A DNA stretch of 64,000 bases from an uncultured Elusimicrobia bacterium (GTDB lineage: Bacteria; Elusimicrobiota; Elusimicrobia; UBA1565; UBA9628): the NCBI GenBank assembly GCA_903830945.1, contig CAIKVT010000025.1:7816-71815 (forward strand), given 5' to 3'. Of this stretch, positions 50,272 to 57,365 are shown piece by piece. The notes beneath the pieces were generated by a model. It did no database searches. It was not told the DNA's origin and saw nothing but the letters and a program-made list of their open reading frames with translations. The position numbers and the translations under genes are program-made. Each line of letters begins with the position of its first letter. Position 1 is the stretch's first letter.

Positions 50272-51405
50272 ATGATAGAAAGAAATTTCTGGGAACGTCG
50301 CATTGAAGCCGCCTGGGGCCAGGCACCCATCGTGTGGCTTTCCGGCGTCAGGCGGAGCGGCAAGACAATCCTGGCAAAAGCCCTGGGAGAAAAAGCGCTC
50401 TACCTCAACTGCGACTTGCCGGCTGTTGGGGACATGACGCACGACCCTGAACTGTTTTATCGCAATTGCAGCAGGCCGATCGTGGTTTTTGATGAGATAC
50501 ATCAGCTTGAGGACCCAAGCCGGCTCCTGAAGATAGGGGCGGACATGTTCCCCAAGCTGAAGATACTCGCCACCGGCTCATCGACACTGGCCGCCACTAA
50601 AAAATTCAAGGACACGTTGGCCGGCAGGAAACGGCAAATACATCTTCTGCCCGTCTTGTGGGACGAATTCCCCGGGTTCAACAACGCCACCCTGCAAAAA
50701 CGTCTTTTTCACGGAGGCCTCCCGCCCGCCCTGCTCATGGAGAAAAAAGACGCGTCTTTCTACCGCGAATGGATGGATTCGTTTTTTTCCCGGGATGTGC
50801 AAAAACTTTTCTCTTTCCGTGACGTGGATAAGTTCAACGTTCTTTTTGAATACCTGATGAAGCGGAGTGGCGGGCTTTTTGAAGCGGCAAAAACGGCCTC
50901 GAATTTAGGGATAAGCCGGCCGACCATAGAAAGCCATCTGCGCGCGCTTGAGATCACGCAGGCTGTCACCATCGTCCGCCCTTTTCACGGTGGCGGCCTG
51001 AAAGAACTGATTAAAACCCCCAAGTGCTATTGTTTTGATACCGGCTTTGTCAGTTTTTTTCGGGGATGGGACCCTTTGCGCGCGCAGGATTACGGATCCC
51101 TGTGGGAGCATCTGGCCCTGGAATGGCTTATGGCGCGCTTCCCTGATGATAAGATACGGTACTGGCGGGACACATCTGGGGCGGAATTGGATTTTGTGAT
51201 CCAGCGCAAGAACGGCCGGGTCGATGTCTTCGAATGCAAATGGTCCTCGTCGGAATTCGAGCCCCGGGCGCTGAAGACTTTCCGTTCCTGGTACCCTGAG
51301 GGGAAAAACTATCTCGTCTGTCCGTCTGGCGCGCCGGCCTACGTCAAGGCGTTTAAAGGCGTTGGGGTCACCGTGTGCGACCCGGCATCCCTGGGAGATA
51401 AATGA
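50272..51405 (+). CDS. AAA+ ATPase of the COG1373 type (AAA_14 + DUF4143), second copy of the family in the window
   Basis: PIVWLSGVRRSGKTILAKAL (Walker A), IVVFDEIHQL (Walker B) and a C-terminal ELDFVIQRKNGRVDVFECKW nuclease-like fold. Confidence 0.85.
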   Translation: MIERNFWERRIEAAWGQAPIVWLSGVRRSGKTILAKALGEKALYLNCDLPAVGDMTHDPELFYRNCSRPIVVFDEIHQLEDPSRLLKIGADMFPKLKILATGSSTLAATKKFKDTLAGRKRQIHLLPVLWDEFPGFNNATLQKRLFHGGLPPALLMEKKDASFYREWMDSFFSRDVQKLFSFRDVDKFNVLFEYLMKRSGGLFEAAKTASNLGISRPTIESHLRALEITQAVTIVRPFHGGGLKELIKTPKCYCFDTGFVSFFRGWDPLRAQDYGSLWEHLALEWLMARFPDDKIRYWRDTSGAELDFVIQRKNGRVDVFECKWSSSEFEPRALKTFRSWYPEGKNYLVCPSGAPAYVKAFKGVGVTVCDPASLGDK

Positions 51406-51489
51406 TGACCAAGACCGCTCCACACCAGGGCGCGGAACGCTTCCGGGCTTTGGCGGAACTCGCCTGGGAAGGGCTATAATAGCCCTACC

Positions 51490-54441
51490 ATGCTATCCAT
51501 GAACACGAGAAAGAAGCGCCGTCCCCGGGCCGCCGCGGCGCCCCGGGCGGTTGAAGGACCCGGCGCAGGCTTTCCCGTGGTGGGCATCGGCGCCTCGGCC
51601 GGAGGGCTGGCGGCCTTTGAAGCCTTCCTCTCCTCCATGCCCTCCGACGCCGACAGCAACATGGCCTTCGTCCTCATCCAGCACCTGGCCCCCACGCACA
51701 AGAGCATCCTCACCGACCTGATCAGGCGCTACACCAAGATGCAGGTCTTCGAGGTCAAGGACGGGATGGCGGTCAGACCCAACTGCGCCTACATCATCCC
51801 GCCCAACTGCGACATGGCCTTCTTGAACGGCGCGCTGCATCTGCTGGAGCCGGCCGCGCCGCACGGCCAGCGCCTGCCCATCGACTTCTTCTTCCGCTCC
51901 TTGGCCCAGGATCAGCATGAGCGCGCCATCGGCATCGTGCTCTCCGGCACCGGCAGCGACGGCACTCTGGGGGTGCGGGCGATCAAGGGCGAGGGCGGCA
52001 TGGTCATGGCGCAGAAGCCCGAATCCACCGAATACGACGGGATGCCGAACAGCGCCATCGCCACCAGCCTGGTGGACTTTGTTCTGACGCCCGCTGAGAT
52101 GCCGGCAAAGCTCATCGCTTACGCCGCGCACGCGCTCGGCAAGGCGCACATCGCCGCCGCGGCTCCCCCAAAAGAAGACGCGATGACAAAGGTCTTCATC
52201 CTGCTGCGCGCCCAGACCGGGCACGACTTCTCCCACTACAAGCGCAACACCATCGTCCGTCGCGTCGAGCGGCGCATGGCCATCCACCAGATCAATGAGC
52301 TGGGCGGATACGTGCGCTTCCTGCAGAAGACTCCGGACGAGGTGGAGGCGCTCTTCCGCGACCTGCTCATTGGCGTCACCAGCTTCTTCCGCGACCCGGG
52401 ATGCTTCAAGGCGCTCCAGGAACAGGTCATCGCGCGCCTATTCGCGGGCAAGTCCCCCGCGGCCTCAATCCGGGTCTGGGTGCCCGGCTGTTCCACCGGC
52501 GAAGAGGCCTATTCCATCGCCATCCTGCTCCAGGAGCGCCTGGGGGAGCTCAAGCAGGGCTTAAAGGTTCAGGTGTTCGCCACGGACATCGACAGCCGCG
52601 CCATCGCGCAGGCCCGCGTCGGCGCCTACCCCGCCAACATCGTCGCCGACGTCTCGCCGCATCGGCTGGCGCGCTTCTTCGTCAAGGAGCCCGGCGGCGG
52701 CTACCGCGTCCATAAAGGCATCCGCGACATGGTCGTCTTCTCCGAGCAGGACGTGCTCAAGGACCCGCCGTTCTCCAAGCTCGACCTGCTCAGTTGCCGC
52801 AACCTGCTGATCTACATGGACGGGGTGCTGCAGAAGAAGCTTATCCCCTTGTTCCATTACGCCCTGAACCCGGACGGCAGCCTCTTTCTGGGCTCCGCCG
52901 AGACCGTGGGTGAATTCGACGACCTTTTCGCGGCGCAGGACCGCAAGGCGAAGCTGTACCGACGCAAGCCGTCTGGCCGCCCGGCCCTGGGGCTGCCCCT
53001 CGTTGCCCCGCAGGAAATCGGGGGGGGGCGCGCGCCGCGCCGTCTTGCGAAGGCTCCCGGCGCGGAGAATGGCCCGCTGCGTGAGCTGACCGAGCGCGCC
53101 CTCCTGCAGCAGCACGCCTCGGTCGCGGTCCTGGTCGACGAGCACGGCGATATCCTCTATATCCACGGCCGCAGCGGCCGGTACCTGGAACCGGCTCCGG
53201 GCGAGGCCGGAACGAACATCCTGAAGATGTCCCGCGAAGGCCTGCGGGGGGAGCTGGCCGCGGCCTTGCGCAAAGCCGCGGCTCAAACAGAGCCGGTATG
53301 CCGCGCGGGCCTGCGGGTAAAGACCAACGGCGATTTCTCAGCCACGGATATGACGGTGCGGCGGGTGGCGGATGCTACCGCCGGCCCGGCCATGTTCCTG
53401 GTCATCCTGGAGGAAGCGCCCCCGCCCGAGCGGAAAGCGGTCGGGGGCTCGGGCAAGGCCGCCCCTGAGAGCGCGCGCATCAAGGCCCTGAAAGCCGAGC
53501 TACGTGACAAGGAGGAATACCTCCAGAGCGCAGCCGAGGAGCTGGCGAGCGGCAACGAGGAGCTCCAATCATCCAACGAGGAGATGCAGTCCGTCAACGA
53601 GGAGCTGCAATCCACCAACGAGGAGCTGGAGACTGCCAAGGAGGAGCTGCAGTCGGTTAACGAGGAGCTCTCCACGGTGAACTCCGAGCTGCAGACCAAG
53701 GTGGCGGACCTGACGCAGGCCAATAACGACCTGAACAACCTGATGGCCGGCACCGGCGTCGGGACCATCTTCGTGGACAGCCAGCTGCGCATCCTGCGCT
53801 TTACGCCCGCGGCCACCAAGGTCGTCAACCTGATCCCGACCGACGTGGGGCGGCCGGTGGGCCACATCGTCTCCAACTTGGCGGGCTATGACCGCTTGGT
53901 GGAGGACGCGCAGGTGGTGCTGGACACCCTGGCCCCCAAAGACGTCGAGGTGCGCAGCAAGGAGGGCGTGTGGTTCCAGCTGCGCATCCGGCCGTACCGG
54001 ACCCTGGAGAACGTGATCGAGGGAGCGGTGATCACTTTCGTGGAGATCACGGAGATCAAGTGCGCGCAGGATGCGATGCGCCGCCTGGCCGTGGTAGTGC
54101 AAGACGCCACCGACGCCATCCTCGTGCGGGATATGGCGGGCTTGATCCTGGCTTGGAATCCGGCGGCGGAGAGGCTCTACGGCTGGACCGAGGCCGAGGC
54201 GCTGGCGATGAGCATCCACGACATGACCCCCGAGGGCTTGCGCGAGGAAGCGCTGGCCCGAGAGCTGCAGCTCGGCCGCGACAAGGTCCTCAAGCCTTAT
54301 CGGACGCAGCGGCTGAGCAAGGGCGGCCGGACCGTGGAGGTGTGGTTGACCGCTACCGCTTTGAAGGATGAGGCCGGGAAGATCTATGCCATCGCCACCA
54401 CGGAACGGGCGCCGGAGGCGGCCCCAAAAATCCGTGGGTGA
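51490..54441 (+). CDS. CheB-methylesterase / CheR-methyltransferase fusion protein with PAS domains and a heptad-repeat linker
   Basis: The CheB-like part reads FPVVGIGASAGGLAAFEAFL...FVLIQHLAPTHKS...GIVLSGTGSDGTLG. The CheR-like part reads TSFFRDPGCFKAL...IRVWVPGCSTGEEAYSIAILL...FATDID...FSCRNLLIYM. The NEELQS heptad coil and PAS domains follow. Confidence 0.9.
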   Translation: MLSMNTRKKRRPRAAAAPRAVEGPGAGFPVVGIGASAGGLAAFEAFLSSMPSDADSNMAFVLIQHLAPTHKSILTDLIRRYTKMQVFEVKDGMAVRPNCAYIIPPNCDMAFLNGALHLLEPAAPHGQRLPIDFFFRSLAQDQHERAIGIVLSGTGSDGTLGVRAIKGEGGMVMAQKPESTEYDGMPNSAIATSLVDFVLTPAEMPAKLIAYAAHALGKAHIAAAAPPKEDAMTKVFILLRAQTGHDFSHYKRNTIVRRVERRMAIHQINELGGYVRFLQKTPDEVEALFRDLLIGVTSFFRDPGCFKALQEQVIARLFAGKSPAASIRVWVPGCSTGEEAYSIAILLQERLGELKQGLKVQVFATDIDSRAIAQARVGAYPANIVADVSPHRLARFFVKEPGGGYRVHKGIRDMVVFSEQDVLKDPPFSKLDLLSCRNLLIYMDGVLQKKLIPLFHYALNPDGSLFLGSAETVGEFDDLFAAQDRKAKLYRRKPSGRPALGLPLVAPQEIGGGRAPRRLAKAPGAENGPLRELTERALLQQHASVAVLVDEHGDILYIHGRSGRYLEPAPGEAGTNILKMSREGLRGELAAALRKAAAQTEPVCRAGLRVKTNGDFSATDMTVRRVADATAGPAMFLVILEEAPPPERKAVGGSGKAAPESARIKALKAELRDKEEYLQSAAEELASGNEELQSSNEEMQSVNEELQSTNEELETAKEELQSVNEELSTVNSELQTKVADLTQANNDLNNLMAGTGVGTIFVDSQLRILRFTPAATKVVNLIPTDVGRPVGHIVSNLAGYDRLVEDAQVVLDTLAPKDVEVRSKEGVWFQLRIRPYRTLENVIEGAVITFVEITEIKCAQDAMRRLAVVVQDATDAILVRDMAGLILAWNPAAERLYGWTEAEALAMSIHDMTPEGLREEALARELQLGRDKVLKPYRTQRLSKGGRTVEVWLTATALKDEAGKIYAIATTERAPEAAPKIRG
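53554..53700 (+). repeat. Seven imperfect tandem 21-nt units encoding the heptad repeat (N/K)EEL(Q/E)xx
   Basis: The units are aacgaggagctccaatcatcc, aacgaggagatgcagtccgtc, aacgaggagctgcaatccacc, aacgaggagctggagactgcc, aaggaggagctgcagtcggtt, aacgaggagctctccacggtg and aactccgagctgcagaccaag. Confidence 0.8.
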
Positions 54442-56368
54442 AAAAATCGCCGGGCAGGCCCTGCGCCGGCGGGCGGAGAAGAAGGCCCGGCAGGCCGCCG
54501 GGCAGACGCCGAAATCAGTCGCGTTGCTGGTCCATGAACTGCGGACGCATCAGATCGAGCTGGAGATGCAGAACGAGGAGCTGCGCCGGGCGCAGTCGGA
54601 ACTCGAAGACTCGCGGGCGCGCTATTTCGACCTTTATGACCTGGCGCCGGTGGGCTATTGCACCCTCAGCGAAAAGGGGCTGATCCTGGAGGCCAATCTC
54701 ACCGCCGCCAAGCTGTTCGGCGCGGACCGCGGCCGGCTGATCAAGCAGCCCTTGACCCGCTTCATCCTGCCCGAAGACCAGGACGCCTACTACCGGCACC
54801 GCAAAGGGCTCTTCGAAACCGGCGCGCCCCAGGCGTGCGAGATGCGGATGCTGCGCGCGCAGGCGACTCCCTTCTGGGCCCACCTGGAGTTGAGCGCCGC
54901 GCGGGCCGGCGACGGCTCGCCCCTGTGCCGCGTGGCGATCATTGACATCACCGAGCGCCGGAGGCTGCAGGAATCCCTGCGGGAGCGGGTCAAGGAGCTG
55001 GACTGCCTCTATGCCCTGTCCCAGCTCATCGAGCATTCCGGCAAGATGGCCGAGGTGTGCCGGGGCGTGGTCACGTTCATCTGCCGAGGCTACAGCTATC
55101 CAGACATCGCCTGTGCGCGGATCGTCTACCAGGGCCAAGAGTTCAAGACCGATAATTTCAGACAAACCGCCTGGCGCCAGGCAGCCGCCCTGCGCGTCTG
55201 CGGAAAAACCCTGGGCCGGGTGGAGGTGTGCTATCTTGAAAAGGGAGCGTTCCTGAAGGAAGAGCGCGCCCTGCTGGACGAGGCCGCCAAGCGCCTGGGC
55301 AGGGTCGCGGAGCGCTTGGCGGCCCTCGATGAGCTGGCCGAGAAAAGGGAAGGGCTGGCCGTCACCTTGCAGAGCATCGGCGACGGCGTCATCGCCACGG
55401 ACGCCGGCGGCCATGTCGTCCTGATCAACGGCGCGGCGAAAAAGATGACCGGCTGGACTCAGGCGCAGGCGCAGGGAAAACTCTTGCATAAGGCATTCAA
55501 GATCATCAACGAAAAGACCGGAAAGGTTTGCGAAGATCTCGTGGAGAAGGTGCTTGAAAAGGGCGCGACCGTCGGGCTGGCCAACAACACCGCGATCATC
55601 GCCAAGAACGGCAAGCGACGGAGCATTTCCAGCAGCGCGGCGCCCATCCGGAACAGCGGCGGAAAGATCACCGGCGTGGTCCTGGTGTTCCGGGACGTCA
55701 CCGCACGCAGGCAGACTGAGGCGGCACTGCGGGAAAACGAGGCGAAACACAAGATGCTGTTCGAAGGCGCCGTGGACGGGATCGCGCTGGCCGACATCGA
55801 AACCGGCATTATTACTGATTGCAACCCCGCGCTCTGCCGCATGGTAGATCGAGAGAAGGCGGAACTTGTCGGACAGAAGCAGACCATCCTCCATCCGCCG
55901 CAGGACGCCGTCAATGGAATGTCTCCGACCTTCCGGATACACAAAACCGAAGATCCGGGACAGACCGTCGAAGATCTTTTCCTGACGAAAGGCGGGAAGC
56001 TGCTCCCGGTGGAGATCAAGGCCGCACGCGTCCGGATCGGTGATCGCGAGTGTCTTATTGGGATCTTCCGGAACATCACCGATCGCAAACGACACGAGGA
56101 GGAGAAACGCCGCTTGGAAGAGCGTTCCCGCAAAGTGGTGGAAGATGTTTTCCGGTTCATCCCGGAAGGCGTGCTGGTTTTGTCCCAGAAGATGGACATC
56201 CTTCGCCAGAACCAAGCGTTCCGGGAGCTGGTGAGCGGCCATGCCAAGCGTTTAGGTTTTACTGAAGATGAATTGGGAAACCTTATTATGGACAAAATCA
56301 AGGCCGGCCTGCGGGACAATAATTTAAAAGAGATACGCATCCCAAGGAAGCGTGAAATCGGAAAATAA
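54434..56368 (+). CDS. Multi-PAS sensor protein without a transmitter domain (ends inside a PAS-like segment)
   Basis: HELRTHQIELEMQNEELRRAQSELE...YFDLYDLAPVGYCTLSEKGLILEANL (PAS). A GAF-like module follows (KELDCLYALSQLIE...IVYQGQEFKTDNF). Two more PAS domains follow (LQSIGDGVIATDAGGHVVLIN...; MLFEGAVDGIALADIETGIITDCN...). The start is either GTG 54434 (8-nt overlap with the upstream gene) or ATG 54368 (74-nt overlap). Confidence 0.8.
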   Translation: MGEKIAGQALRRRAEKKARQAAGQTPKSVALLVHELRTHQIELEMQNEELRRAQSELEDSRARYFDLYDLAPVGYCTLSEKGLILEANLTAAKLFGADRGRLIKQPLTRFILPEDQDAYYRHRKGLFETGAPQACEMRMLRAQATPFWAHLELSAARAGDGSPLCRVAIIDITERRRLQESLRERVKELDCLYALSQLIEHSGKMAEVCRGVVTFICRGYSYPDIACARIVYQGQEFKTDNFRQTAWRQAAALRVCGKTLGRVEVCYLEKGAFLKEERALLDEAAKRLGRVAERLAALDELAEKREGLAVTLQSIGDGVIATDAGGHVVLINGAAKKMTGWTQAQAQGKLLHKAFKIINEKTGKVCEDLVEKVLEKGATVGLANNTAIIAKNGKRRSISSSAAPIRNSGGKITGVVLVFRDVTARRQTEAALRENEAKHKMLFEGAVDGIALADIETGIITDCNPALCRMVDREKAELVGQKQTILHPPQDAVNGMSPTFRIHKTEDPGQTVEDLFLTKGGKLLPVEIKAARVRIGDRECLIGIFRNITDRKRHEEEKRRLEERSRKVVEDVFRFIPEGVLVLSQKMDILRQNQAFRELVSGHAKRLGFTEDELGNLIMDKIKAGLRDNNLKEIRIPRKREIGK

Positions 56369-57365
56369 AGCCGAAGAAAAAATCGGCAGGATAATATTTT
56401 CCAAAGTGCTGTCTATGCCGATGGCAAAATACCGGGAATACATCGCCTCCGCGCGTGGCATTGCGGCCGCTCAAGCCGGGGAGATGGTTTACGCTAGTGT
56501 CAAAATTTCCGGTCGCAACCCGACAATCGAAATTGCCGATCCTTGCTTCGCGGGCAACTATCCGGTTCCGGCCGGCGCCGGCCTGCGGACGACATGTTCC
56601 CTTCGCTGGATAAATACCCGCAACCGCTTCTCGCGGCATGTTCTGCGGAGATTATTGCGGCACCAAAAACAATATTGGCTGACCGAACAGGAGGCGGATT
56701 TAAGGCCGCTGAGCTTGAGCCGGTTTTTGGCAAAGAACCCCTCGCGGCATCTCGATGTTTCGCGGCTGTCTAGACTGCTTTCTGCCATCCGAGTGAAGAC
56801 GCCAAAAGGCCGCAACATGGCTTTACGCAGTCTGTTCGTTTCCAAACGGCGGTTTTGTTCGTTTGTTATCAGAGAAATGGTAAATCAGTCCAAAAAGTCC
56901 CTGAACGATCGCGAACTGCGTGAGCGCTTATCGAGAAAGGGGATCTCCGTTAGCATCAGAACGGCATGTTATGCCCGCGGCCTGCTGCATATTCCCAACC
57001 ATGCCGAGCGAAACGGAAGCGGATATGAAGGCAAGGCTCGATTTAGCGGTTATTTCCCATTAAACAAAGCGAATATCCCCCGGATCCCCGAGATTCCCGG
57101 CGTCTATGAGATAAGCGTCCGGGGAATGACAGCCTATCTAGGGACGACCAAATGCTTGCGCAAGCGTCTGATGCATTACACAAGCGGACAGATCAAAAAC
57201 ACCGCGTTGCGTCCGATCATTGGCGAATCCGGCGTCAATGTCAGATATTTCCCGACGGAGAATTACCGGGATTGCGAAAAACGGCTATTGTTGAACTTTA
57301 AAGCTTGTTTTGGAGTGTTGCCGATGGCGAACGTGCTGGGAGGCGGAACCAATGGAAACCACTGA
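56352..57365 (+). CDS. Sigma-54 (RpoN) DNA-binding-domain-like module fused to a C-terminal GIY-YIG nuclease domain
   Basis: RNRFSRHVLRRLLRHQKQYWLTEQEADLRPLSLSRFLAKNPSRHLDVSRLSRLLSAIRVKTPKGRNMALRSLF resembles the sigma54_DBD HTH region. LNDRELRERLSRKGISVSIRTACYARGLLHIPNHAER resembles a degenerate RpoN box (ARRTVAKYRE.LgIPss.R). IPGVYEISVRGMTAYLGTTKCLRKRLMHY...DCEKRLLLNF...PMAN carries the GIY, YIG, R, E and N motifs. There is no Gln-rich region I and no core-binding domain. Alternative ATG starts are at 56415 and 56421. Confidence 0.6.
   Translation: MKSENKAEEKIGRIIFSKVLSMPMAKYREYIASARGIAAAQAGEMVYASVKISGRNPTIEIADPCFAGNYPVPAGAGLRTTCSLRWINTRNRFSRHVLRRLLRHQKQYWLTEQEADLRPLSLSRFLAKNPSRHLDVSRLSRLLSAIRVKTPKGRNMALRSLFVSKRRFCSFVIREMVNQSKKSLNDRELRERLSRKGISVSIRTACYARGLLHIPNHAERNGSGYEGKARFSGYFPLNKANIPRIPEIPGVYEISVRGMTAYLGTTKCLRKRLMHYTSGQIKNTALRPIIGESGVNVRYFPTENYRDCEKRLLLNFKACFGVLPMANVLGGGTNGNH

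Noticed and set aside
54515-56242. A 575-aa minus-strand ORF antisense to the multi-PAS protein. Similar long antisense ORFs occur at 44291..45859, 25757..27154, 42771..43712 and 59293..59979.
   Set aside because: All lie opposite genes with clear domain signatures. None has recognisable motifs. They are artefacts of stop-codon-poor antisense frames.
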